64,000 bases of DNA, from positions 959,882 through 1,023,881 of the forward strand of contig NW_005434663.1 in the NCBI RefSeq assembly GCF_000315625.1, read 5' to 3'. Origin of the DNA: Guillardia theta CCMP2712 (Eukaryota; Protista; Cryptophyta). Positions 1-13,824 of this stretch are shown piece by piece (position 1 is the first letter of the stretch; each line of letters begins with the position of its first letter). A model generated the notes under the pieces. It was given only the letters and a program-made list of their open reading frames with translations. It did no database searches and was not told where the DNA came from. The translations under genes were made by a program, and so were the position numbers.

Positions 1-200
1 AGAAGTGCGTGGGTAGTCAACATGTTTGCACGGGTACCCCCTTATTCCCCTGAACGGAAGTCTGCGAGTCAGGGGTGGTCAGGGGTAGTGAAGGGTCACG
101 ACGTCGCTTCAGAATGGTAATGCCGATCCTAGTACGTTTGAGGGAGAGAAAGATGGGGGCGAGAGAGGAGGGAGAGGAGAAGGCGGAATAAGTTCGCAGA

Positions 201-360
201 GGGAGGTACAGATGGACTAGTAGTGTTGTGGGGAGCGGGAGGTACAGATGGACTAGTAGTGTTGTGGGGAGTGGGAGGTACAGATGGACTATTAGTGTTG
301 TGGGGAGTGGGAGGTACAGATGGACTATTAGTGTTGTGGGGAGTGGGAGGTACAGATGGA
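201..360. repeat. 36-bp minisatellite, about 4.5 copies
   Basis: Unit GGGAGGTACAGATGGACTA(G/T)TAGTGTTGTGGGGAG(C/T) repeated head-to-tail; it explains the repetitive ORFs 17..397 and 223..453. Confidence 0.95.
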
Positions 361-422
361 GAAGGTGTTGAAGTTGAAGCAGAGTATAACGGGACATGCG
401 TGTGTCTTAGATTGGCACAAGA

Positions 423-3409
423 TCAGGGTGCAAGTGAGAGTGAATCAATATGAATGGCTGTAGAACCAAATGCTGCCATCATTCTAGAAGTTTACGTCTC
501 GCATGCTGACTATGATTTCACAGTTTGTTAAGCTCATTGTTGATCGTGCTGTTGGCCACAATGGCTTCAACTTCAACGCTGCCTCCAACGTGATCTTTCT
601 TCGATTTCCTTTTGACTGCTCTGAGCTCCTCAACAGGACGAGTGCTTCAAGTTGAACCAGGTTGGCCTCTGGGGTGCCGAGACTGGCGATGTGATGGGCA
701 ATGGCGAGGTGATTTCAGTCATAAGATAGGGTAGATTTTCGCTGACAAGTTTGCAGTCCTATGATGGTGATGGTGTTGGCACCAACACCTCTGCTGAGGA
801 GAACCATCCGTAAGTAACCCTTGAATGGCAAGCTCTCTTTCTGAACTGGTTCTCCACAGCTACTCTGCCCGCAGACAGAACAACTTCGGATCCCTCGTCC
901 ACTTTCACTAAGCAATGAGAAATGAGAAATTGTTTAGATCAGTAAAAAACAGCCCGGTGTACTCTGGCCGTTAGTTTGCACTTGTTTCTGCTTGACAGCT
1001 TTCATTATTTTACAACAGCCACAGGCCACTGGAGGAAGACTTGAGCGCATGCAACGATACAATGGAGTCTCCAATCATGATTCCAGCCCTGAGAACGTGT
1101 CGTTACACGATAGCTATCGTCGGTTACCATCCTCACCTTGACGCTGGGCTGTGATCCTGCAAACCCTGCACGACCGTCCCTCCTACATCTCGTCAACAAC
1201 GATGTCAAATTGCTCAAGGTTGTGTTTACCTGTTACACGATCTGTATTCAGAATCATGCCCAATCCTGAGTTATCTTTGGATCGTTCCAGGAAAACAACC
1301 CTTTTGGTGCCGTACATGTTTCTCACTACAAGCTATCAGCAGAATCAGATCAGCGGCTGCATGGCTAGAACAAACATTACTGACCTGTGCTGTCTTGTTG
1401 TTCAGAAAACAAGATTGCAAAACCGCAGCAAGTTCCTTCTTGTTGAGCTTGCTCACATCTGTGCCTCCGAGGACGAATGGATTTTGTTTGCCGGCTGTGC
1501 TGTTCTTCAAGGAAACTCCAACACCAGCAGAAGATCCGTCCGAATCCCTCGACATTCTCATCATAACGCTGTCACAAACAAGGTCTGTCCATTCTTCCTG
1601 TGAGTTCTCTGGAGTTTGATCACGATTGCCTGCATTCTGTAGCCTTACATTGGAAGGGTGCTGATCTGACCTTCGCTGGACTTCGTCATGAAGATGAGAT
1701 GAGAAGTGATGTACTGGCTGTTGCAGCATGTTCTGTGACGAGACGTTGGTTGCCTCTTGGAAACGGTTGAGCACCATTTCTTCTTGTAGACTCATATGGC
1801 CTGCGTCTTTCTCTGATTTTTGCAGAAAGTCCGTCTTTCCACTCATCCGTGGAACCTCGACATTGAAATTCGTTTGACTTTCAGAATTCCAAGATTTAAC
1901 GCCAGCAATACGGTGATGTTTAGTAGAGAAAAATGTTGGAAAGGAGTTATGAAACTGAGGGCTTACTTGATTCATGCGGGTAGAGGGCTTTTCAGCTGTT
2001 GCATGGTCTCGATTCGAAGGTGAATTCCGAGTTTCGATATGGTAAGTTTCGTACTTGACCTCTTCACGAGCCTGTACGTTCGTGGCACTGAAGTCCTGCA
2101 TCTGATAGGCTAACTTGAGGGATGGAGCAGGGCCCACTCCCCACTTGTCTATCTGCCATCCTGCTTCGGGCGGAGGTGCACCTGGCGGATCTTGGCAAGG
2201 ACAACTGCGCGTCATATCAAACACTTTGATCACAACATCGATCAGGATCTTTCACCTGTAATATACGGCTTCTATCATTGCATCTCTCTCCGTTTCAAAC
2301 GTACCCACAACATCACAAATGATCCACTTCTCATTGTTCATGCCAAACGATGGGATCCTCATGATGTGATTTGAGGTGTGAACTTGCACAAAGACGGAAC
2401 CTTGCGATATTTGTCTGTATTCGCCATTCACTGCATCTATTCCTGCACCAGCAACGTGTATTGTGATGTCGAATCGTCTTGTTTGTAGGGCGTTGACCTC
2501 TTGGATGGCAAGAGGAGACGCTTCTCGCACGTTTCTTGCTGTTTGTATGGGGTCTGACGATTTTCTTCGATCGATCGGTTGAAGTGCAGCCGAATCATGA
2601 ATTACTCCGTTAGCAACAGCTGGAATGGTTGTAGGCTGTGATACTTCCTGATTCGCAATCGCATGCACAGTTGCATGGCTGGAACCATTTACCTGTGAAC
2701 TCGTTGCTTCAACCTTCTTTCCCAAAACTCTTCGAATCATTTGAAGCAGCTTTATGTCTTCTTGATCCGAATGCTTGCGTTTCGATGCAGCCAGGTCTTC
2801 CTTTGTAAACATGGTAGAATCTGTCTTACTCGAGATGGGACTGTCCAGATTCTCTGGCATTTCTCTTATGTTACTTGGGCGGTCGTCGTAACCATCGTGG
2901 TAAAGTCCATTCAGAGCGTTCACTTGGTCCTCGAGGGCTTTGATCTTCACGTCCACTGTCTTGTCTTTTTCATCCTTGATCCACTGCAAGCCCTCTTCAA
3001 TCTTTTGAAACTTGGACAACCAGACGTCGCTCACTGGAGCCTGGACGGGAAGGATCAATGGGAACGATGGCAGCGGCGGATGGGTGGTCGGTTGCCAGGA
3101 GAAGGCTTCATTGCTAGTAACGCTCCTCCCCTGTCCAACCGGGAGTCCTCTTCCTCGGTGCAAACTTTCAAAATCCACAGGATGGTTCTTCACAAGAGAT
3201 AACGGGGAAGTCAACGGAGTTGCAATTGTACCTGCTGGCTCCCTCAAGCTTTTCTGACTGAGCTCCCGCCATGAAGCAGGAAAGAGAGGATCAGCTACTA
3301 TGCTCTCAGGCTGTTCAGAAGCAGAACGAGAAGTTTGTATCCTCTTTCGAGTTCGCTTCTCTTCTACTATACGCCATGCTCGTTCAAGAGCCGCTTGCCT
3401 CGCCGCCAT
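423..3409 (-). CDS. Multi-exon hypothetical protein with a coiled coil and a 'V.GAG...VNG.Y...W...YY...PP..GW...G..PAP' module
   Basis: ORFs 2252..3409 and 1271..2233 join in frame through a ~50-nt GT-AG intron (2206-2255), giving AVYYS-CPCQDPPGAPPPEAGWQ; further short exons follow and the 3' end is uncertain. Confidence 0.65.
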
Positions 3410-3725
3410 AGCAATCAGAGGAACGAAAAGTTGACTTTAGCCTAGAAACATTCCAACAGATTTTAAAAATTGAGAAGAGATTTTTATTCATGTTCAAACT
3501 TTTCATCAATTTCCACTCGGTCTGTCAACTTTCAAAGCCGACAGTTCAACTTTGACTAGGCCCGGGCCCGGTACCGCCGGTCTCAACTCAGTGACTCCGG
3601 GTCACCCGGAAGTTTTCTTTACTCAAAGTTAAGTTAAAAATCAGAATCAGGATGCACCCGGTAGGATTCGGATGCCCGGTGATAACTAATACCTTCACTT
3701 AACTGCGGGGACTTCCCACCATGGC

Positions 3726-6700
3726 ATGGCTGCTCCGGAAGGAGTGAGACGCGTACCGGAAAGCAGCAGCGATGATGACTGCAGAAGACATGAAGCCTTG
3801 ATGTGACAGAAGATCTAGTACTGGTGGAGAAGATCTAGTACTGGTGGTAGAAGGCAATTTCAGACCATAGCGCTGCTGGTGAAGTTGCTGCTTGCTCTTG
3901 CACTGTCTGTTTGTGAGTGGAGAGCAGCAGAAGGAGGAGGAGGAGGAGGAGGAGGAGGAGGAGGAGGAGGACGATCAATCATATCATTACGAGACCTTAT
4001 AAGTGAGAAACTCTGCATTCCGGCTATCTGTGGGTACCTGGAAGTGTTTGTACATCGCGACAAGCAGCTGCAAGGGGTTGCGGGACTGTATCTCTCGTTT
4101 GTCAAGACAGCTCAAGTTTTGAGGGGTGGGAGGCGTCGATTTAAACGAATGCAGCCGTCGACATGCATTTGCGAATGTGAGAAGACTTGAAGTCTTCGAA
4201 GATGCTCACACAGAAATATACCACAGATGCCAAGACTGGACGAGCCACCTGTCGAAAATGTCAGATGAAAATATGCCAGAGCGAGGTCGGCGTTTTCCTC
4301 TTCAACTGATCGCAAATTGACGAGCTCTCAGGCAAAAATGGGGCTTCAGGACATGGACGCTTGGGGAGCGACGCACTGGTATCACCTGCACTGTTTTGAC
4401 TGGAAGAAGTATTCGTCAAGGTCATTGATCTTCGGCTACACGGATCTGAAAGAAGAGGATCAACGACGGATAGACGACTTGATCGCTAACAGGGAGACAT
4501 TCAAGGTTTGTCACCAGCAGAAGAGTTTGTCCTTGGTTTTGAGTCTGACGAGTCTCCTAACAGCCTCCCAACGCCTGGCCAGGGCTACCTCAGGAGCTTC
4601 CTGGTCGACCTGGAGTGATCATTGAGAACGAGAGAGCCGAAGACATTTGCTATGGCAGTTGCGACGTGTTTGTTGTAGGATGTCAATATTATGGGTAGGG
4701 TCGGAATGCCTGATTGCGTCCTGAGCTTGTTTGACAGTTTTGCAGGGGAGAGCTGCTAGTTGGTCAATATGCCTTGTTGAAGAGAGAGCCAGACAATCCT
4801 TACGATCAAAATGCCATCCGAGTAGACAACATGCTTGGGTTACAGGTACCTCCTCACAGACCTTGAGCCTTCTGCCATGTTGTAAGTGCCGGACAACCAG
4901 GTTGGGCACATCAAGAGAGTGTTTGCTGCTGGGCTTGCTCCATTGATGGATGATGCAAGTCCCTGGAAACCAAGTTTTGAAGTCAGTGTGAACTCAACGG
5001 ATGTGTATCATTGCAGAGTATCGATCACTGTGTATGGTCCTCGAGCATTCGCGTTACAAGTACGAACGTTTCTGAGGTTGTATAAGATGAACCTGAGCGG
5101 TGGCGTGCATATTGAAGGTGATTTGAACTATCAAAGCACTTCTTCTCAACTCGTCTTCCTGTGTTGCAAAAGTATGTCTCTTTTATTAGTTTTTCCACAG
5201 GAGATTCTTCTGCATATCAGATTGAAAAATCCGAAAAACTCACTTGCAAAGCTCTGGATGAAATGTTTGAGAAGCTTGAGGTTGATACAAGTTCTCTAGA
5301 CCTTCAATTATGTCGAAGTGTGCACTTGCAAAATTGCGAGTAAGAAACATGAACTTTTTCCAGGTGTTCTCTCCAACCTATTGTGCACTACCTTGCTCCA
5401 GCATCAGCTTGAAGGAGTGGCATGGATGCACATGATGGAGACAACCGAAAAATTATTGCCTTTCTGGCGTGAGGTGACGACCATTGAACTTGGTTCCTTT
5501 CATCCCAATTGATTTTGAATCGTTAGGTTGACAAGAATGGAGCTATGCAGTATTTCGACGAAATCACCAGTACCTTGTATCCGATGTCTCCTGGACCGGT
5601 TAAAAAAGTCTTGAAATGCCGATCAAGAGAGTTCACACTTCTGTAGTTACGTGGGGGAATACTCGCTGATGATATGGGTCTGGGCAAGACCTTGCAGGTA
5701 AAGGGTATTGCACTGAGCTACCTGTCTGTTATAATACTTGCGAAGATATTGTCCTTGATCCTCATGAATCCAAGGACTAAACCAACCAAGGAATCGAAAC
5801 AGTTGGGAAATGGCGGGACGCTGATTGTTTGTCCAACGTCGGTGTTGAGCAACTGGGTCGACCAAGCTAAGCTTCATACAACGAAAGGTTTGCTTTCTGT
5901 CGTCACATACCATGGAGGAGCCAGACAAGAGCTGTCAAGTTCTTTGAGGGAGCATGACGTCGTTGTCACAACATATGGTACATTAGCTTGCGAATTTGAG
6001 GAAGCTTCTTCGAATGGTCCGATCTCCAAGAAGAAGAGGAAGCGAACAGGGGCAGAAAACTTGTTTTCTGTCAACTGGCATCGGATAGTTCTCGACGAAG
6101 CTCATATCATTCGGAATCGACAGGTGTGTATGCACTTGTATTTGCCATTTTTCGTTATTTCACTCGCCGTGGTGCAGACGAAAACATTCAAAGCATGTTG
6201 CCGGCTGGAGGGAACACATCGTTGGGCTGTGACGGGCACACCATTCCAGAACAAAGCAGAGGACATTTCGGCGCTCTTCTCATTCCTGAAAGCGAAACCT
6301 GTGGATGATTTCACAGTGTTCAAGCAATCAGTATCGAATCCCCTCAAGTCGTCAGGGGCAGAAGGCAGTGCAATGGCGCGACTTCGAGTGCTGCTGAAGG
6401 GTGAGAAGATAAGGATTCATCTCAGGGATCTAAGTGTACAAACCAGCCATGTGCCTTCGTAGAAGCAAATCTCTCTTGATGAACTCTTTGCCCGAAAAAA
6501 CTGTACTCGCTTTTTCATCTTGTTAATCAATCATTGATCGACTTCTTTCAGATTGAAATCTGCAGAATTCGCCTGGATAAAAAACAGCAAGAAGCATACA
6601 GTGTGGTATTTTACAAAGTCACCTTTTCGTCATTTCCTCTTGACGCCTTTGAAAAGTTGCTGGATTCTGCTCTGTTATGCTTTGGACCGATCATGAAGTC

Positions 6701-8075
6701 CGGGGGGAAGGCGATTACCAAGCATTACACTAGTTTGTTTGAGTGCGTGCTTCGCCTTCGTCAGGTTCTTCCACAATCCATTTCTGCCCTTGTTTTCAAC
6801 TTTCATTGCAAGGTTTGCAACGCGCTCCATCTTTTGCCCAAAGAGAGATTAGAGAATGCGAAAAAGGCCCTGCAGTCACTGAACAAAGTGGAATTGAATG
6901 TCGAAGAAGCAGAAGCTCTTCTCAAGAAGCTACAAGGAGCTATCAACGTTGGTGAGATACCTTGACTCTCTAGACATCCTCATTGCTTATATGTATCAGG
7001 TGAGAACGAAGATGAAGCGTTGACTTTCGAATGCTGCATCTGTCTGGATGACTTGGATGCTTCCCTCGCTCAGATCATCCGGCAATGCGGGCATTGCTTC
7101 TGTAGCCTGTGTCTGCAGAAACTCTTGGCTAGCGTGCAAGGCTCAGAGTGCCGATGTCCTCTCTGTCGCTCTCCTTTCACCAGAGGGGATTTTATCGGGG
7201 CAACGGAGCTCAACAACATCGTCACCATGACGGATAACATCCAAGGTAGATCGACGCATGTCCTCGCACGTGGGATTGACGGTTGTGTGCAGGGGCCTGT
7301 GAAAGCGCGTCCTCTGCGGATCAGGGTCATGCTTAAGTCCTTGCATGTTTCTTCTGAATGACCTGACGAGTGGATCAGTTTCGCCCAAGGTTCAAGTTGT
7401 GTTACAGGAGTTGAACAAGGAGTGGGAAGCAGATCCCTCCCAGAAGGTATCGATCCCCTTACCTGTTGGACGTGTCTCATGTCGTTACTATAGGCTGTGA
7501 TATTCTCTCAATTTACTGGAATGCTGTCGCACGCCCAGGAGGTTCTTGCTCAAAATGGTATCCAGTGTCTTCGAATAGACGGGTCGCTATCCCTGGACAA
7601 GGTGAGAACGATGAGAGCTTTCCTGCGAGAACTTTCTGACGTCTACCTTGCTGCAGCGAACTGAAGTCCTTCGACAGTTCGACCGTGACGATGCTCGTCG
7701 AGTCCTCTTGGTTTCTCTCAAGGTGTGCCATCAACACGTGCATGGTAGTGTCCGCGAATGACGTTGCGATAGGCTGGAGGGACGGGAATCAATCTCGTGA
7801 GAGCAAATCTCGTCTTCATGCTTGATCAGTGGTGGAACTATGGAGTGGAGGAGCAAGCGATGGACAGAGTTCACCGCATCGGACAAACGAGGAGAACGCG
7901 GATTGTGCGCATGGTATGTCAAGATACCGTTGAGGAGAAGATTTTGCAGCTTCAGGAGAGCAAACAGCTGCTCGGCAAGGGGGTGACGGCACAGCTCAGT
8001 GCTGAAGAAGCGCAGAAAGCCAGGATTGCTGACCTTAGAACGCTGCTGTTTGGCTGCGGAAATGATATTCCTTGA
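3726..8075 (+). CDS. HLTF/Rad5-like SNF2 helicase-RING E3 ligase with N-terminal PARP-type zinc finger and HIRAN domain (multi-exon)
   Basis: AKTGRATCRKC...WYHLHCF (zf-PARP); KREPDNPYDQNAIRV...VGHIKR...LAPLMD (HIRAN); GGILADDMGLGKT, LIVCPTSVLSNW, RIVLDEAHIIRN, TGTPFQN (SNF2_N); CCICLD...CGHCFC...CPLCR (RING); WWNYGVEEQAMDRVHRIGQ (helicase C). Start uncertain. Confidence 0.92.
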
Positions 8076-9978
8076 CATCTTTGAGTAAAGGATCTTATGA
8101 ACTCAACATTTATTCATTCAGACTAGACCTCGAGCTTCAGAGCAGGTAAAAGAAAGATTGCTACTCCTAGAATTTTCAATCAAGAGGCAACACAACGAGA
8201 GCTGTTCGTCCTTATTCCATTCTCAGACAAGAGAAGGACGTCGCTCGACGGGCTCCTCTCTATCGCTCGTCATACCCGCGGACTCTCTCCGACGTCGTCC
8301 TGCTGTCTCTCTTCACTGTGACCTGCACCTCGTCTCTCCTCCAGGCCGCCCCGTGCTCGGCACATCTACCAAATCACTGAGTTACGCCTTGCGTCCTTCA
8401 ACTGATTGGAGGCGGGCTTGGTGGAGGCAGTAAAACTGAAAGTTTGCCCTTTCAAACGAGATAGAATCTTCAGATATCTCAAAGATGGAGAACGCTTCTT
8501 TTCGATCACAATAAGCATTTTGCTGACACCGCCTCCAATATTAGGCGAAAATAGTTGTTTTCATTTGTACGGCTTCAAAGAGGCCTGCAACCCCCATCCC
8601 TTCGGAATAGCCTCCACCCCTACCCCCAACTTTCCGTCGTTGTCGTTCCATGTCATGATGAGCTCTCCAATACCCTAGCAAACAGCATCTATGACTGCCA
8701 TAGGTAGAACGGCCTGTTTGCACCACCCCTACCAGAAGCAGAACCAGCTCTGAAGGCAGGACCCCTACCCCTCTTCGGCCTACCCCACATGCGATGGTCA
8801 GATCGGTGTCAACGTGTGGCAGCTGACGTAGAGATTTTAAAACACAAGTAAAAGTAAAACTGATTTCGGCCTCGGTCATGTATTGGAGTAAAACGATGGC
8901 AAACGACCCGAAGCTCCCTATGACCAAAAAAAGATCGATGCAAAAGTCGAAGATAATACTTTTGGCACATCAGGGTCAAGGAGGCAGCCCATACAAGTGT
9001 TTTAAACGTCAGCAGGGGATGCGTCCCTTCGTACCTTACCCCCTGTACCCCTTACCCCCTGCTGTGACCCCCGTCCGGCCTCCAGTACCTCATACTACCC
9101 TACCACGTCGAGCGGCTCCACTCAACCCTCTCTTTCAGGTTTCCAAAACGAGGGATCTCGTTCTCCACACCTCGTTGGTCATATCAGGTTTCAAATATGT
9201 GAAATCTTTGCAGTAAATATGAAAATTGAAGAGTATATTTCATATTTATATTCTAAATTTAGTTTTGGACACTCCCCTCATGAAAATATTTCCTCCCAGC
9301 GGATCCCTGGCCTTTCGTGTATTTCTACCCCCACCTACATTGTTCTCGCCAACATCGAATTGTACCCCTACATGCAACTTGTCACCCGTACTTTTATGTT
9401 CTTGTACCCTATCCATGAATACCCTTCAACCTCTGGACTGGGGGTCCCCACCCACTCATGATTGTCACAACCCCCTAAATTATACCACCGTACCCGGAGG
9501 CCGTAGCGACCCTATCTCTTATTCCACCCCTACCCCCTCTGTTTTGCTCCACCCACAACCCTTCTCTAGCACCTCTCTGGTACAACTTTTCCGTACCCAC
9601 TACCGGTTATTTGCACACGAGTACCCGTGTTTTCTCCACATGTAGTGTTATCTCAATACCCCTGTTTCACCACCCACCCTTGTAAAAATATCACCTGCTG
9701 TATCCCACCATCTCAAGTGGTCACTTCCGCCTCCCCTCCTTGCCGCCTTGCCTCTCTTACTCCTGCATTGTTACCTCACCTTGCTCCTGTATCGCTCTGC
9801 CTCCTCTCCCCGCTAGACGACCCCTCCCCTCCTCTCCTTCCTCTACGCTTGCATCTGCTACATATTTCTACCTGCCTCTCTTGCCTCTTCGCCCACCTCC
9901 CTCGCTCTATCGGAGTTACTGCATGCGAGAAAGGACAACTCATTAAGACTCGTATTGTAGAACATATCAACAGTCACA

Positions 9979-12139
9979 ATGCCTTTCAAAGTGCCAATAT
10001 GCTCTTTCAACGATGGTTCAACAGTCAATTTGTCCCCTGGAACTGACAATGTCATTTACAACGCCCTATCTTCTGCATCAGCAAATACCACATTCATTCT
10101 TGCACCAGGAGATTATCACGAAACAAAGCAGCTTACACTGTCAAAGCCAGGCATTATTCTTTGTTGCCAAGCCGACAATCTTGTAGATGGGAGACACAGC
10201 TGCAGGATAATGATTCCAGCTGATTTGGATGGAGAAACGTTTTGCCGGATTTGTGCACAGAACTGCAAATTGTTGAACATCGCGATCCAAGCCGAGACAA
10301 CGGAAAGAAAAGAACCGTCGAAGTCTATCGTGACGATAGAGAAAGAATGCAATGCAGAAATTCTAGGCTGTCTCTTCTCTTGTGGATTGAATATGGGCCT
10401 CGATATCGCTGGAAATTCTAGGCCGTCGATTGAAGAATGCATCATCGAGGAGGCTCGCTGGTGAGAGCAGTTGTGAATTTCGAGAAAAGTTGATTACTTA
10501 CTGTTGTTTGTACAGTGGAGCTATCTTGCGAGGAAAGGCAAGCCCGGTGATCTCCCACTGTACCATTCGAAGGTGCTCATCGTGCTGCTTCAAAGTTATG
10601 GACGAAGCCTCCGGAATCTGCTCGGAGAATGTACTCGAAGAAAGTTTTGATTCTTGTATATGGGCTGGGGGACAGTCCACAACCACCTTTCGGAAGAATA
10701 TGATTGGAGATACAGAAGGTTGTGCAATTATGCTGGCAGAATATGCCAAGGTCACGGTGGAAGAAAACTCCATTGGAGGAAAACACGTCAATGGCCTCCA
10801 AGCTGGTGACTACGCTGATTGCATCGTGAAAAACAACACCATAACTAAAAGCTCTGGAAGTGGGATGGTCCTTCATGATCACTCAACAGGTTTCTTTACG
10901 AGCAACCAGATCATTGGATCAAGCCTAGCAGGTGTTGGTATCAGAGACCACTCAGAACCTGTTTTCAGCCTCAATTCCATTTCTGAAGGCCTTGGCAGCG
11001 GTTTAGTGCTCCTTGGAAATGGCTGCGGTGTGATTGAAAGAAACAGAATCTTCAAGAACAGATGTGCAGGAATCGGCTTGAAGGGATTCTCCCAGGCATT
11101 GTTTGAGAGCAATGTTGTTTCTGCTAATGAAGGATACGGTATCTGGTTACAAGACGATTCTAGCGGTTCTTTCCAGAACAATTCTATTGAAGGAAACGGA
11201 AAAGCAGGCTTTGCTGTTAGTCATCGCGCTCATCCACACGTGTATGGGAACTCGATCGTTGGAGGAAAGCAGATTGGAATTCTCTTGCAGAATGATGCAA
11301 CTGGTGACTTTGAAAACAACAAGATTTCGTCGAACCGGACAACCAACGTACTCTTGTTAGGCCGCTGCAAGGGGGTTTTCATCAAGAATCATGTCAGCGA
11401 TAGTGCTGGTGGTGGAGTGCTTTTCAGAGGAGATAGCAAGTGTATCCTGAAGAGGAACATGATCGAGGGCAACAACCGTGCAAACGTTGCTGTTTTGGAT
11501 CGATCTCAGCCATTTTTGGAGGAGAATGTCATCCAAGGAGGGAATGGCAGAGGAATAGTTGTAACCGGTAACTCTGCCGGAGAATACGTGGGCAACATAG
11601 TGAGAATGCATCATCTAGCCGGAGTTTACGTCGGTGGAAATGCAGAGCCCAAGATGGTGTGCAATATTGTTGCCGACTCTGGAGCTTCGGGTGTCGTTGT
11701 TGAAGATCATGCTCGTGGATGCTTCTCAGACAACTCCATGATTGGGAACGCCAGCGCAGCTGTCGCTGTCCAAGGGTACGCTTCACCTAAGATGGAGAGA
11801 AATGTGGTTCTGCACAATGGCAGGGGTGGCATCTGGCTCGGTGAAAAGGCGAGCGGCGTGTTCGATGGTAACTACGTGGAAGAGTCGAAGTCGGGCTGGA
11901 GGATCGGGCATGAAGTCACTGCCAAAGTTCTCCAGATTCCCAAGAATGCGTCTAAGTGCTATTCTGCAGACGAGTTCCAGGATCGCATCATCCAGGCGAT
12001 CAAGGGCTGCACATCGTGCATTCATTCTGAGAAGATCGTGCTTGTGGAGAACCCTGGGGGCTCGTGTGCCATTCCAGCTCTTGGCACCTCAGTCGCTGAG
12101 AACTGGCCGGCGGTCTCAGTGCAGAACGTTGCTGGTTGA
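9979..12139 (+). CDS. Right-handed parallel beta-helix (PbH1/CASH, FBXO11-like repeat) protein
   Basis: ORFs 9979..10464 and 10430..12139 joined by a ~54-nt intron; ~23-aa repeats 'N.I..N..aGi.l.....p....N.I.gg...Giv'. Confidence 0.88.
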
Positions 12140-12321
12140 ACGAGTGCTGCTGGTGGGATTTCCAACCCGTTTGGAATTAACGAGCTGTGAGATGCTCGAT
12201 TTTTTTTTCTGCAACTCTCGATTTTTTTGCTGCAACTATGATGAAAGTGTTTTGTGTACCAAATGTAATCTGGTTTTATTGTACTATGAATATTATCTTC
12301 TAATACATGCTGAAAGACAAC

Positions 12322-12773
12322 TCAAGCCTTGAGCTCGGCTTCAAACTTCCTCCTCACACTCAGTGCAGCATCGAACAAGTTCAGGTCCATCCCATCAACA
12401 TTTCGCGCCACACGGACTCTGAGGGTCGGACGATCCTGACGACTCCAGTCAGTACTGAAAGCGACCTGGCTCCCTACAAGGATCACCTCAGACGTCTCGA
12501 CCTCGCCTATCATCATGTACAATGATCCGTCCTTGATCACCAGCTGCTCGCCCAAGAGCGAAGCATCTACCTGCAGCCGTCGGTCTCGGAACTCAGCGGT
12601 GAAGGTGTTGCCTGAGACATGAGAAAGACTTTCGCACCGTCAATTCCTCATAACACATACAAGAATCTCAACAGACAGAACACTCACAAGCCAAAAGTTC
12701 GAACTGACTTGGTAGATGGGTCTTGCAGGATCTCTTCAATGTATCTGATCGCTCCATGACCGGGCAGCTCCAT
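12322..12773 (-). CDS. TEN1: TEN1, CST telomere-capping complex OB-fold subunit
   Basis: MELPGHGAIRYIEEIL...KSVRTFG, then GSLYMMIGE and LRVRVARNVDGMDLNLFDAALSVRRKF, matching TEN1 hallmarks (SLR(T/V)xG; GSLY.xxGE; AR..RNVDG.D.NLY). Confidence 0.82.
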
Positions 12774-13085
12774 AGCACCTTGTGATTTTGAGAGATCTGA
12801 AGGCAAGAGAGCGAGACAAAGGAGATGGAAAGAATCGAGCCCGAGGAAGAGGATGCTCGGAGATAAGAGCAAGTTTCAGACACAAGGAATGACGGTGAGG
12901 GCGGGAAGGGCGGTGAGGGCGGTGAGGGCGGTGAGGGCGGGGATGGAGGAAGATGGAGTGCAAATCTGGGAAGAATGGCAAGGGGAGCAGGGGTACTGAA
13001 TTTTACTTCAAGGCCATTCCATGGTTGTTACACCTAGGGGGTGGGGGGTTCTGGTAGGCAAATCGAACTGGTTTGTTCAGCAGCT

Positions 13086-13824
13086 ATGACGATAGTGGAG
13101 GAGTTGAACGAGCATGGCGGCAAGAAGGAGGAGATGGCGAAGGAGATCGCTTCCACGCAGAGACCCCGAGAACCTGAACCCTCGCATGCTTCAAGAGCGG
13201 GGAGACCGCATGTGCTGCCTTCGCTGCCTCAAGTGCTTCCCTTGACCGAGTTATGCATCAGATCCATCTGTGACAGCAAGCTGAGGTAGCCCCTCACTCT
13301 TTGCATGTTTCTCAGGACACCCTTCCTCGTGCATCGATATCTTTCGTACTCGATGATCTCACCTTCCCAGCCTTCTTTGCCCCTCGTGACACACGCATAT
13401 TCAATTTTGACTCATAGTTACAGCTTTTGTGAATCTCTGGAAAATGTGCCAGACCATCTTGTGGTAAGCAAAAGCAGAAGTGATATGGCAGCTATATTGA
13501 CGTGTTCCAACAGGTAGACATGTTAGCAAGAATACTGAGAAAAGGAGCTTTGAACTTGACGCTGGCCAGGAAGTTTCAAACTTCAACATGCCCGGAGGTT
13601 TTCCCAGATGAGCTTTGTTGTAGCTCGACTGACAGGTCCACCAGGTGAGCGAATTCGCTCGAGATTGCATAAAAAGGCTGCATGAAGCGGAGATAAGTGC
13701 AGGGCCCTTGACACCCAAGGTTGTTGGAGGTTCTTGGAGGCTCCAGGAGACTGAAGGGTTTGCAGGGCTATGGTTGTCGATTCTGATGTCGGAAGGTGAT
13801 GAAGATGATCGTGATTTCATCTAG
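13086..13824 (+). CDS. Small hypothetical protein with Elongin-A/BC-box-like motif
   Basis: Spliced reading PLTELCIRSICDSKL...SLENVPDHLVVDMLARILRKG; 3' end unclear. Confidence 0.4.

Noticed and set aside
8158-9950. Short ORFs in the C-rich intergenic tract
   Set aside because: Low-complexity Pro/Leu/Ser translations with no domains
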